Shown: in pieces, positions 12,565-24,626 of the stretch | Layout of the letters: each line of letters starts with the position of its first letter | How positions within the stretch are numbered: the stretch's first letter is position 1 | Assembly (NCBI GenBank): GCA_964016885.1 | Contig: OZ024741.1 | Span: forward strand, 222,022,001 to 222,086,000 | Direction of reading: 5' to 3' | Length of the DNA stretch: 64,000 nucleotides | Origin: Eledone cirrhosa | Lineage: Eukaryota | Notes under the pieces: model-generated | Databases searched by the model: none | What the model was told of the DNA's origin: nothing | The model's input: only the letters and a program-made list of their open reading frames with translations | Position numbers and translations under genes: made by a program

Positions 12565-13332
12565 CCACTGCTAGCTGCAAAAGGCTTCTCCCTCAAAATG
12601 AAAGGCAGACTGCATGATGCGTGTATCCGAACAGTGATGTTGCATGGTAGTGAGACCTGGGCGCTGAAGGTGGAAGACTTACGTAGATTAGAGAGAAACG
12701 AAGCCTGCATGCTCCGATGGATGTGTAATACACGAACGGCAAAACATAAATGAATTGAGAGAGAGACTGAGCATAAGAGGAATCAAATGCTGTGTGCAGG
12801 AGAGGCGGTTGCGTTGGTATGGACATGTGATGCGTATGAAGGATGACAGCTGCATAAAAAGGTGCAGAGCACTAGAAGTCAATGGAAACCGCGGAGTGGG
12901 GAGACCCAAGAAGACCTGGGATGAGGTGATAAAAGCCGACCTTACCCAATTACACCTCTCAAAGGCGATGACACACGACCGTGACCTCTGGCGTCACGCA
13001 GTAATACAGAGTACCCGACCTCCCATTGGTACAAGCTGAAGCATATAGACAATATGCCCCCACACCCCCCACTGCAAGGTGGTCGTGGAGGTGCCACGTC
13101 AAAAAAGCACCCAGCCCACACTGTAAAGTGGACGTGTAGGCGCCACGAAAAAGCACCCAGCACTCACTGTAAATGAGGTTGGTGTTAGGAAGGGCATCCA
13201 GCTGTAGAAATCAAGCCAAATCAGTTCCTGTATGAGCAAGGCATGGTCAGCCGACCAGACACTGCCCACAACAGGACAACCCGTCTAACCCATGCTAGCG
13301 TGGAAGAACGGACGTAAAACGGTGATGATGAT
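12565..13332 (+). mobile_element. 5'-truncated RTE LINE, 3' end
   Basis: MLHGSETW, ERRLRWYGHV, GRPKKTW, 3' UTR and (GAT)n tail. Confidence 0.92.
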
Positions 13333-13838
13333 AGTATTTTTACCAGTGGACAGATAATTGTGAAAATTTGCAGTATTATCTTTTAACATTCTGTAATGAT
13401 ATAGCAGAAAATACCTAAAAATGAGTTTGTTAATTCAAATGTTTATAGTTTCTTTACTAGTGGATAGATTATTTTGAAAATTTACAGTAAACTAAAGTAA
13501 AAGGTTTAGTATTTAATGGATTGATGCAGTCATAGTGCTGTTTTGTACTTTCCAAGAGTGTCTTGCTGATGTGTTTTCATGCAGTTTGTTACTTCAAATG
13601 TTTAGTGTCTTCACTAGTGGATAGATTGTTGTGAAAATGTTCAGCATTAGACTAAAGTAAAGACTTTGATTTTTAATATGATGCTGTCCTAGTGCTGTTT
13701 TGTACTTTTCAAGTAAGCCTTGCTAATGTGGTACATGATACCGCATTAGCAAGGCTTACTTGAAAAGTGAAGATTTAATTAATTTGAATAATTAATTGAT
13801 AAAACCTAGTCTGAAGTTAGAAATACTTAATTTTACAG

Positions 13839-14169
13839 AAGAACCTTCACCAGAGGCTGAGAATTGTCTGTTATTTGATGATAATACAAAGTCAGCAACA
13901 GAAGATAGTGAAGATTTATTTTTCTCTCCGTCATTTCAAAGATCTTCAACACCAACAGGCTGTCCCAATATCCTCAGTGAAATGAAACACAGCCAACACC
14001 ATAATAAGAAACACCTGCAATCTAAAAGAAGATGTAAAAATGTACCTATTATTGAGAGTGATGAATCAGATGATGCTATCTGTTTACCTCATGAAAATGA
14101 AGATTTAACCTCACCAAATATTACTTCGAAATATATTTCAAATGAGAAACATAACAAACATTTAAGGAA
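13839..14169 (+). CDS. BRCA1: BRCA1 internal exon (EEPSPEA...HLRK)
   Basis: ttttacag| phase 1, AA|gtatgt phase 2; open frame. Confidence 0.8.
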
Positions 14170-15334
14170 GTATGTCAAGTTTTATATAATTTGAAATATT
14201 GATTGTTGACTTACAGTATTTTCTTGTGCATGATACGAAAAATTTTGAACTAAAATGGTATTTGATATATTGGCAGCCCATAGAAAAAGGGGTAAAAGGA
14301 TGCTTAATAACCAATTGTTTTGTATTCTTTATTGTAGTGAAATATGTGTGAAATTGAGATCTTGATGGATAACATGGTACAAGTTTATAAAAAGTATTAC
14401 ATTTACATAGACATGGCTGTGCTCTCGGATTTTATTATACACAAAGATGTTACTTATTCTCATTATTTTTGAATTGGCAGTATCGGTAGAGGGTTGGACG
14501 CCATGCTTTGACGCATAGTTACGGCCCTTGCCATTCTGAGTTCAAATCCCGCCTAGGTTTACTTTGCCTTTCATCCTTATGGGGTCGATAAAATAAAGTA
14601 CCAGTAATGCACTGGGTAATTGCTGGCCTTGTGCCAAAAGTAGAAACAATTATTTTAAATTTACGAAACAGAGGTCATATTATATTCTTACAAACCTTTG
14701 CATTACCCACCTACATCTTTTACCTCTCTTAGTCCTTCATTTACTGCTATCTGCATAATGACAACTTAACTCCTTGTTCTATGTAAGAACCTTTAAGTTA
14801 TATTTCAAATACCAGCTTAATAACGAGAAAGTTATATTACTGAATCCTTACAAATTCAAAATTATTTGAAAATCATGGACAGTGTCTTCCAATAGAAATA
14901 TAGTAATGAAAGGGTTAATTATTCTCTGGCTGTAGCACCTGGTCATTTGAGTAAAGCTGAAAGATTAAATAAACACTTAAAGTTCTGTGAAACACGAGAT
15001 ATAATAACTCTTAACTCTTTTGCTACCATATTTAAACCTTTTGTTACCATATTTCTAATGAAAGACATTGCCTATGGTTTTCAAATTATTTTGAAAATAA
15101 TTATGAATTTGGAGGGATTTAGTAACTGACTTATTATTGAGCTGGTGTTTGGAACATAACTTAACAAATGTTCTTACATAAAATTATGATAGAAGGTTAT
15201 TTTAAATAAATATTAAGTCTTTAAAATAAACAGTTTTGTATCATAAAACCAGGCATGATTTCAGGTGGTTTGATATTGAAAGGGTGCAACATTGGTTTAT
15301 ATGTATATAACACATACATTGATATTTTTTGCAG

Positions 15335-15500
15335 GGAAATCTCTCCCAGTACTAAATGTGATCCTTACCATATTTCATCAAATCTCTCCAAAACTTCTGT
15401 TAATGTTGACTTTGATGGGAGATCATCAGACAAGCAGTCAGCTGACAGACGTAAACCAATAAAACATCTTGTTGCTACAGGACTGTCGAATGTTGATGTG
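15335..15500 (+). CDS. BRCA1: BRCA1 exon with start of BRCT1 (KHLVATGLSNVDV)
   Basis: ttttgcag| phase 2, |gtaaat phase 0; aligns to human MSMVVSGLTPEEF. Confidence 0.9.
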
Positions 15501-15548
15501 GTAAATATATATACATATTTAGTACTGTAATGTAGTTTAATACTGATG

Positions 15549-15588
<40 letters not shown>

Positions 15589-17254
15589 TGCTAGCGTGGA
15601 AAATGGATGTTAACCCTTTAGCATTTACATTACTCTATATATACTATTGTATTTTCACAGTAAAGGCTTTACCTTACATAATTATCTCACATAATATTGA
15701 ATCTATGAGATTTTGATATTATTTATTCTGAGAACAATACCTTAACATCAGTATGAGTGGCCAGTTACGGCTGGTTTGAACAGAAAGAGGTGAGAGAATT
15801 CTGGGCAGATATGGGCGGTTTAAATGCTAAAGGGTTAAAGGATGATGATGATATATATATATATTTATATCATCATCAGAGTACTGTAATGTAGTTTAAT
15901 ATTGATATGGTATATATGTTGATTTCATAAATGAAACAGTTCTAGTCCTGTTGAAGTCTTTTCTATATAAAATAAATATCTATTTGTACATATAGATGTA
16001 TGTATATGTAAGTATATGTATAAAACTAGGGAGGTTGTCATGTCCTTGACACGGCTGGATGCCCTTCCTATCACCAACCCCTTTACAGCATGTACTAGGT
16101 GCGTTTATTGTGTAGATCACCAAAACTAGGGTGGCTGTTGTGTCCATGATACAACTGAAGGGTCCTCTCGACCCTTTGTTTGCTTGGCAAGCTCTCCATG
16201 GCTGAAAGACCTTCCTATCAATAACCACTTCATAGGATGGGCTGGGGAGGTGGGTAGCTGCTAAGAATATGTGTGTTGAGGAAGTTGAAGTAGTGAAGTT
16301 GAGAATAACTGTTTGGGAGTGCTAGTGGAAGTGGGGAGGGTAGGTCAGGTCACATTGCATGCTGCAAGTCATGTCTTCAGCATGGCATAGCAGCAACCCT
16401 CGCAGTCTTTAGTTATTTCTGTTGTCAGGTTTAGCTTTTTAAGGTCAGTCTTTATAACCTCATCCTGTGTCTTCCTGCATTTCTTTATGCAGCTGCTATC
16501 TTCCATATGTATCACATGGCCATATAAATGCAGTCTTCTCTCTTGCACACTACATCCAATTCCTCTTATGCCAAGTTTTTCCTCTGTTTCCTTATGCTAT
16601 TTTACTCTTGCACACTAACATTGCACATCCACCAGAGCAAATTCAACTTATTTCTTTCTTGCCTCCGCAATTTCTGGTTGGTTGGTTCAATAACCGGATG
16701 GTTGTTTATGTATTGTCAAAGATCTTTCATCACACATTCCGTGACCTCCTCAGCGACTGGGTTTTTTAATTTGTGTCTCTCCTTTGTTCTGTCCTATGCT
16801 ATTTTGTTTTTGTGTGTTCGAAAAAACTTCGACAATAACCATCTGGTTATCCAACCAACCGGAAATTTATAATAAATTGAAGTGAAAAGCAACAGGTGCA
16901 TGTGTTTTTATTGGCAGCATGACCCTCCCATAGTATAACATCTGTTTCAACACATTTTCAGATAACAATTCAAAAACGAAGTATGTATGTATGTATGTAT
17001 GTACGTACGTCATGCATGCATGCATTGTGTTGTTATTACCAATTGTGTTATTTCTGTTTACCTTTTGCATGCATGCATGCAAAAGGTAATCAGAAATAAC
17101 AACACAATTGGTACAGTATATGGTAGGAATATATTAGGTTAACGTTCGAAATAGCAGGAAGAGGGTCTTAACGTTTTGTACACTAGTCCTTTATCAGAAG
17201 AAAGATTGAAGGGTCGGGCAGGGCGGAATCGGATAAAATATTTTTAGAGAAAAA

Positions 17255-18043
17255 TAAGCTGACGTACCCAGCTTCGTCCGGGTCTGGTTACAGTATGAGG
17301 CGAGTCCGTGGTGTCTGTGTGATACAAAAAACAGTAAAAAAAATCTTCCAGATATACCAGATTCTTTGTTGTACCGTTTGTGCATAGTATATGAACAATT
17401 CTAGGTGTTCCCACCTAGAATAGTGACCTCTCGGAGATGGTTCATCTTCTGCCTGATTGTAAAACGTGTATCATTGCATTGACGTGGTTGGTCCACGTTT
17501 CTCAAAAGGATGATGGAAGTTCCAATCTTCTATATTATATGTAGATATAGATATAGATAATTAATATAAAAGATGATGCTCAGCCAGTTCGTCTTCAACC
17601 ATCGCAGCACGCCGTCGCTGCTTGGCTCCAGTGTTTCGTTGGCGTTGTTCAGCCAGCTCCTCTTCATTCATGTCGGCACGTCTTCGCGTCTCAAGTTCGG
17701 CGTTTCGATGGCACTGTTCGGTCCGTTTTTCTTCATTCCTGGCTGCACGCCGTCACCGCTGTAGTTCACTGTTTGATAAAGTCGAATTGCTTTTACTTTC
17801 TGTGGAACGCTGCACGCACACATAAATATACGCGCACGTACATACACACGCACACATGGTAATAGTTACAGCGTTCACTTTGACTCTCTGTTTCTTATTG
17901 TCCCCTCTCACTCCCTCATAGGCATTATGCATATTAATTTAAGTTTGGCGTCGTTGAGGTGGGCGGAGTCGTTTGAAACCTATGAACCAATGATAGTCGA
18001 GAATTATGACGGAATACTGACATTGTTGAAATTAATATATAGA
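17255..18043 (+). mobile_element. two adjacent Helentron/HINE-like non-autonomous fragments
   Basis: 5' agctgacgtacccagcttcgtccggg; 3' ends ...tatatgtagat (17546) and ...atatatagat (18043); CpG-rich relative to flanks. Classification is from terminal motifs only. Confidence 0.4.
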
Positions 18044-18558
18044 TAACAGGTCCATTCATGTTGCCATCTCTTGGAAAACTGTTGATGCTGACATTTTATG
18101 TATGATATACTTTTTTTATGCAAGTGTGATTTAGAAATCGTTAGCAATTGGAAATTTTGAAAATAGAATTATAAGCTTTCACTATATTTTGAAATTTGTC
18201 TAATAACCGGATATATAAACCTTCATAATGGAAAAAATAGACATTAAAATATGTGGGAATTAAAGTGGCACCTCTTATTGTCTGGATAAGTGTACTAGAC
18301 TGATTTCACCAACATACCCACCTGATTTTTCTCTGTTAAATTTAGAAGCCATGATATACATATGTAAACATGTGTGGTTTATTGAAAATTTTGAAAATAG
18401 AATTAGAAGCTTTCACCATATATTGACTTCTAAATAATAACAGTCAAATGACAGAAAAAAATGGGCATTAACACATATATTAATGCCCAAAAGTTGATCA
18501 GATATCAAATGATGGTAAACTGAACATGTCTCCCAATATTCCAAAACTGAATTCTGTG

Positions 18559-19222
18559 CCATGATAAAATACAGCCAGTATACTCTGTAAAGTGGTAGTG
18601 CTGGTACCATGATAAAATACAGCCAACATACTCTGTAAAGTGGTAGTGCTGGTACCATGATAAAATACAGCCAGTATACTCTGTAAAGTGGTAGTGCTGG
18701 TACCATGATAAAATACAGCTAGTATACTCTGTAAAGTGGTAGTGCTGGTACCATGATAAAATACAGCTAGTATACTCTGTAAAGTTGTAGTGCTGGTACC
18801 ATGATACAATACAGCTAGTATACTCTGTAAAGTGGTAGTGCTGGTACCATGATAAAATACAGCCAGTATACTCTGTAAAGTGGTGGTGCTGGTACCATGA
18901 TAAAATACAGCTAGTATACTCTGTAAAGTGGTAGTGCTGGTACCATGATACAATACAGCTAGTATACTCTGTAAAGTGGTAGTGCTGGTACCATGATAAA
19001 ATACAGCTAGTATACTCTGTAAAGTTGTAGTGCTGGTACCATGATACAATACAGCTAGTATACTCTGTAAAGTTGTAGTGCTGGTACCATGATAAAATAC
19101 AGCCAGTATACTCTGTAAAGTTGTAGTGCTGGTACCATGATAAAATACAGCTAGTATACTCTGTAAAGTGGTAGTGCTGGTACCATGATACAATACAGCT
19201 AGTATACTCTGTAAAGTGGTAG
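18559..19222. repeat. 48-bp minisatellite, ~14 near-identical copies
   Basis: Unit ccatgataaaatacagc(c/t)agtatactctgtaaagtggtagtgctggta. Confidence 0.97.
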
Positions 19223-19389
19223 TTTTGGTGTCATGACAAAATTGAGTATGGTGTGATTCTCTGACTTTTCTATTCTCGGGCCATTACAACTTATCTAACT
19301 CACGCCAGTATGGAAGGCTGGTGTAAAATAAAGATGATGTTCTAGGCCTGAAATCTCTTCACAATAGATTATTTTTGTTACATTTTCAG

Positions 19390-19477
19390 CAAAAAGTGAA
19401 ACAATTCTGTGATAAAGCTGGCTATAAGTTCTCACCGCAGTTCTCATCATCAGTAACACATGTTATAGTGAAGCCAG
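19390..19477 (+). CDS. BRCA1: BRCA1 BRCT1 exon (QKVKQFCDK...THVIVKP)
   Basis: 88 bp, ttttcag| and |gtaagt; THVIV is the BRCT beta-strand motif (human THVVMK). Confidence 0.93.
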
Positions 19478-19924
19478 GTAAGTGCAAATATATATTTATT
19501 CTGTATTCATGATATAACTGCAGGTTTGACATATTAATAATTGTTTCTACTTTAGGCACAAGGCCAGCAAATACCCAGTGCATTACTGGTACTTTATTTT
19601 ATCGACCCCGTAAGGATGAAAGGCAAAGTCAACCTCGGCGGGATTTGAACTCAGATCCTGAAGGGACGTAACTATGCTGGAAAGCATGGCGTCCGACCCT
19701 CTACCGATACTGCCAATCCACCGAATGACCAGTGATTATTAAACTGAAATGATTTTCATATAAATGATTGCTAACAACAGTTGATCAGATGAATTTAAAT
19801 GTAAAGATTAATGTGTTTGGATGTATGTGTATATATGCATGTATACACATTATGTATGGATGTGTATGTTTATGTATGTGTGTATGCATATATGGATGTA
19901 TATATATATATATATATATATATT

Positions 19925-20685
19925 TCCCTCAAAATGAAAGGCAGACTGTATGATGCGTGTATACGAACAGCAATGTTACATGGGAGTGAGACCTGGGCGC
20001 TGAAGGTGGAAGACTTACGTAGATTAGAAAGAAACGAAGCCTGCATGCTCCGATGGATGTGTAATAGTAATATACACGAACGGCAAAACATAAATGAATT
20101 GAGAGAGAGACTGAGCATAAGAGGAATCAAATGCTGTGTTCAGGAGAGGCGGTTGCGTTCGTATGGACACGTGATGCGTATGAAGGATGACAGCTGCATA
20201 AAAAGGTGCAGAACACTAGAAATCAATGGAAACCGCGGAGTGGGGAGACCCAAGAAGACCTGGGATGAGGTGATAAAAGCCGACCTTACCCAATTACACC
20301 TCTCAAAGGCGATGACACATGACCGTGACCTCTGGCGTCACGCAGTAATACAGAGTACCCGACCTCCCATGGGTACAAGCTGAAGCATATAGACAATATG
20401 CCCCCACACCCTCCCACTGCAAAGTCGTCGTGGGGGTGCCACGGCAAAAAAACACCCAGCCCACACTGTAAAGTGGTTGTGTAGGCGCCACGAAAAAAAA
20501 GCACCCAGCACTCACTGTAAATGAGGTTGGTATTAGGAGGGGCATCCAGCCGTAGAAATCAAGCCAAAATCAGTTCCTGTATGATCAAGGCATGGTCAGC
20601 CGACCAGACACTGCCCACAACAGGACAACTCGTCTAACCCATGCTAGCATGGAAGAACGGACGTAAAACGGTGATGATGATGATG
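19925..20685 (+). mobile_element. 5'-truncated RTE LINE, 3' end (near-identical to 12565-13332)
   Basis: ORF 19934-20383 MKGRLYDACIRTAMLHGSETW...; 3' UTR and (GAT)n; follows a (TA)n tract. Confidence 0.93.
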
Positions 20686-21719
20686 ATATATATAGTTACT
20701 AACATATGGCTTAGTGGTTAGAGCATTGGGCTTGCAATCAAAAGGTTCCGAGTTTGATTCTCGGACCAGGTGATGCGTTGTCCTTGAGCAAGACACTTTA
20801 TTTCACATTGCTCCAGTTTACTCAGCTGTAGAAATGAATTGTGACATAACTGGTGCCAAGCTGTATCAGCCATAGCCTTTCCCTTGGACAACATCGGTGT
20901 TGTGGAGAGGGGAGGCTTGTATGCATGGGTAACTGCTGGTCTTCCTCAAACAACCTTGCCTGGACTTGTGCCTCAGAGGGAAACTTTCTAGGTGCAAATC
21001 ATATGGTCATTCGTGACTGAAGGGGGTCTCCAAGCAGTAACAGTATGAACCAATCAATGCAAGGTTGTCTGTCACGTCGTTTTGTTAATTCGTTCCATCT
21101 CTCTGATATATCACCTCAAAGTTCCAGTGAACAGAATTGAACAACCTTGTCCTAGAGAATAGCAAGGGAAATGTACTGAAAGAGCCTTTCTAACTAGTGG
21201 GGCATGAACTTGTGGGTGGCCATGATAACAGTAAGTTGTAAAATGGTTCAGTGACCCAAGAAACCAAAAGTTTCCACTGTTGTGGGAGTTTAACTCTCAT
21301 CTCAGATCTGCAGAAGTCAGTTTGATTGATTATATTTGGCTGAAGTACTAGTAATTATATCTCTCAGTATATATACAGAATTGTGTATTTGTCTCTGAAG
21401 AGGGAACAAAATTAGGCATGGACACAACATGGTCATGGGTTTAGTCCTTGGGAAAAGGTCTTTTACTATAGCCTTGTGTTCACCAGTACAGTTGTAGTGT
21501 GTAATTGAAGGTCCCACTATTACTTGAAGCAAGGTTGTGAGTGTCTTGTCTTGCCTCAAATATTTTTAGAGGGAAGCACTAATATTCCTTGTAGTATGTT
21601 GTAATTGTGTGTGTGTGTCTTCATGTTTTTTTCTTCCCTTTTTTTCTCTGAGTCTATTGATTTGTCACTTGTGTAAGTCATATTCATTATATAAATTGTG
21701 ATTATATGGTCTCTGAGCT

Positions 21720-23530
21720 ATGCATCCTATCAAGTAGCGTTACTCCAAGCCCCTTTGGAGGAACCCCATTTTGGCCATTTGTATTTGCGATTGTATTCTT
21801 TCAGTCATTACCCAGGATTCAAAACCATAAGCAAGGGTAGGCATGATCACCGAATTGAAGATAGCAAGTTTGGCTTTTACATCTACCTCCCTTCTGATGA
21901 CTAAGTGCTGAAGTTGGCACATTATTGCATTCAATTTGGCCTCCTACCTTCCATCACTTGTGAAAATGGCCCCATGATACTTGAACTTCTTCCACCTGTT
22001 TCAGTGTAACTTCACTCACATTCAGAGCACACTGTACAGGTTCTCTTGAGAGGATGAATGTCTCAGTCTTCACAGCACTGATTTTCATTCTTGCCATGCA
22101 GTACTCAGCGACAAACCTATCAGGTGCATGTCAGAGATCACCTTCTGATGAGTTAAATAGCACCATGTCGTCTGCAAATATTAGCTGACTGATGCTACAC
22201 TCGCCCATCTCGATACCACTTCCAACTTGGCTGTCCATGTCAATCCTGTTCGTGAAAATTATGAACAGAAGAGGCGACAATATGTACCATTGGTAGAGTC
22301 CGACACCCACATGAATGTTTTTGACTTTGCACCATTCATCTGAACACAAATACTAGGGCATTCATATAGGAGCTTCAAGGCAACAAGAAGCTGTCCATTG
22401 ATTCCATACACTTGCAGAACCTTCCACAAGTCATGTGGATCGCAGTTGTATGCCTTTTTGAGGTTCATGAAACAAGCATACACCTCTTGCCAATAATGTT
22501 GTGATCTCTCAAAGACCTGTACAAAGTGAATATTTGATTAGCTGTGCTACATCAGGGGTGAAAACCACACTGTTCATTGGCTAGCTGTGATTTGACAATA
22601 TCCCTACGTTGCTTTGCCAGACACTTAGCATTTACCAGGGAGGCTTAACAAGGAGATTCATCTATAATTAGAGCAATCTTTTGTCTCCCTTTTTAAAAAT
22701 TAAAATGATCACTCTTGACTGCCATTTGGATCCAGAGATCCAAACCCCCAATACACATGAGTCAGCAAGAGCATACCTTCCCTATTTAAAGCTTTTAACA
22801 TCTTAGGCTTAATTTTATCCTCTCTAAAGTAACTAAAGTCAGATTCTAGCTTAACCCCAAAGCCCTCCTATGTCTTAACCTTGATTGCCTTTACTAACTT
22901 TAATGCTACTGTTTGTATCGTGTGTGCAAGATAGGAGACTTATTTCCAAAACAAATTTGCAAGCCTCTTTCCTGGCTCAGATGGCATCTTTAACCTCCTC
23001 GTTGAACCAGGGACTCCTGTCATTTGGTGCCACTCCAATCGCTTATACACACACACTATTTAACAACTGAAACAAAATTCTGAGCTGAACAGCACCATTT
23101 CAGTGTCTTCAGTTTGTTCAGGGAATTCTTTGAATTTTGATATAATAGTATCTGGATATTTGGTCCTTTTCTCCTCATCAGCCAGTGCTTCCCACTTGAC
23201 ATGGAAAGGAATAATTGGAAGGAGCAATGACCCCAATCTAAATGTGAACGGAGATGCCATATTAGATTCATATTCTAGTAATGGCGTCTCTATTACAAAC
23301 AACTTTTTCCAGCACAAAGATAGCCATAAGTATACATGTTATAAGGGAAATCGAGAACAGAGGTCAGTAATTGATTTTTTATTGTCTCTGATTCCTTCGA
23401 TTCTGTGTTAAAGGAGTGGCTGAAATGTCAACTGATCACCATCTAACTATTTAGAACCTGAGACTACCTAAAGTTAAGAAAACCCTCAAAACTGGCAAGT
23501 CCAGCTTGGCCTACAATATAAAGTGGGAAG
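21720..23530 (-). mobile_element. old RTE-clade LINE with inverted 5' segment
   Basis: RT motifs on - (LKKAY, ILSPLLF, FADD, PTLAYGFESW); APE fragment on + at ~23198-23530 (ITNNFFQHKDSHKYT, RSVIDF). Confidence 0.8.
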
Positions 23531-23687
23531 GGCTGACAGAGCAATCCCCTCCATTGCTAATTAGATCACCTAAGTCACAGAAACTATCAACTACTACTAT
23601 AGTACCTTTTTGTGATTGAAAAAGGTTTATTTCACTGCTGCTCTTACTATCCTCTATTTATGTACATTCGATAAATTGTGTTTATAT

Positions 23688-24403
23688 GTAAACCAGAGCC
23701 TGCGAATCGGCTTTTCCCTGAGGCTCGGCCTCCGGATCTGCCAGCCACACCAATGTCGCTGCGGTTCCACCGTGGACTCTTTCGGCCTCCACCCGCTTTC
23801 CTGTCGCCACAGTGCCGGCCGCATTCCACGCCATACTGCCCTCAATGAGGTCATTAAGCGTGGCTTGGACGCTGCAGGCTTCCCTTCCCAGCTCGAGCCG
23901 GTGGGGCTGGATCGAGGGGACGGCAAAAGGCCAGATGGCACGACCATCTTCCCGTTCCGCGGTGGTAAACCCCTCGTCTGGGATTCCACTTGCACCGGCA
24001 CTTTCTGCAGCCACAACCTGGTGCAGTCTGCGACTGACCCAGGTTCTGCTGCACGTCGGGCTGAGGGGGCCAAACTCCTCAAATACCAGTCGCTCTCCGA
24101 CAGGTTTGGGGTCGTTCCCCTGGCAGTGGAAACTTCTGGTGTCCTCGGCCCCAGGGCTACCTCCTTACTCACCACCATAGGCGCTGAGCTGGCCAGCCGT
24201 AGGTGTGAGCCCCGCGAGTTGGAGTGGCTTTTCCCGCGCGTCTCCCTTGCCGTCCTCCGGGGAAACGCCTTCTCCATTCTGTCCGCCGGGGCTGTGGGTG
24301 GGCCCCATCGCGTACCAATACATTAGTTAAATACCATTCTTTCATCACAAAGAAATTATGAGAAAGATATGCCATTACTAAACCTCTCCAATTTTCTGTT
24401 TAT
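23688..24403 (+). mobile_element. 5'-truncated CRE/R2-group non-LTR retrotransposon (zinc knuckle + restriction-like endonuclease)
   Basis: CRCG...GLHPLSC, RH..LN, EP.GL...DGKRPDG, LVWD, P.AVETSG..G, LRGNA motifs; uninterrupted frame; 17-bp flanking direct repeat. Confidence 0.88.
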
Positions 24404-24498
24404 ATAAATTGTGTTTATATTTATATCATATTTATTATATGTATTATATGTAGATAATAAAATTGTAATTTTGCTAAATTTTTCTCATCTTTCTTCAG

Positions 24499-24626
24499 TA
24501 TCTCCACAGGTACGTTACTGTGATCGTACCTTGAAATATTTCCAAGGTATTGCCCACAAGTGTTGGGTCCTATCTTTACAGTGGATACTGCAGCAGTCCC
24601 TCAATAATCAGACAACTTTGAAAGAG
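24499..24626 (+). CDS. BRCA1: BRCA1 BRCT1 exon (CDRTLKYFQGIAHKCWVLSLQW)
   Basis: ttcttcag| phase 1, GAG|gtaatc phase 0; matches human [22 protein letters not shown]. Confidence 0.95.

Noticed and set aside
12498-13441. Long TSD around the RTE at 12565-13332
   Set aside because: The similar flanks (12498-12554, 13384-13441) are not adjacent to the element ends and belong to an older local degenerate tandem repeat (also 3530-3700, 13440-13730).
18498-19193. 231-aa ORF of 16-residue repeats; possible CRISPR-like array
   Set aside because: It is the stop-free frame of a 48-bp minisatellite. Units are contiguous with no unique spacers, there are no cas genes, and the context is a eukaryotic intron.
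23654-24277. Long antisense/overlapping ORFs on the CRE element (also on the Gypsy and RTE elements)
   Set aside because: Shadow frames expected in GC-rich coding sequence; no motifs.
24504-24515. Alternative splice site ccacag|gtacgt within the BRCT exon
   Set aside because: As an acceptor it is phase 0 and incompatible with the phase-1 upstream exon; 24499 preserves the BRCT frame.
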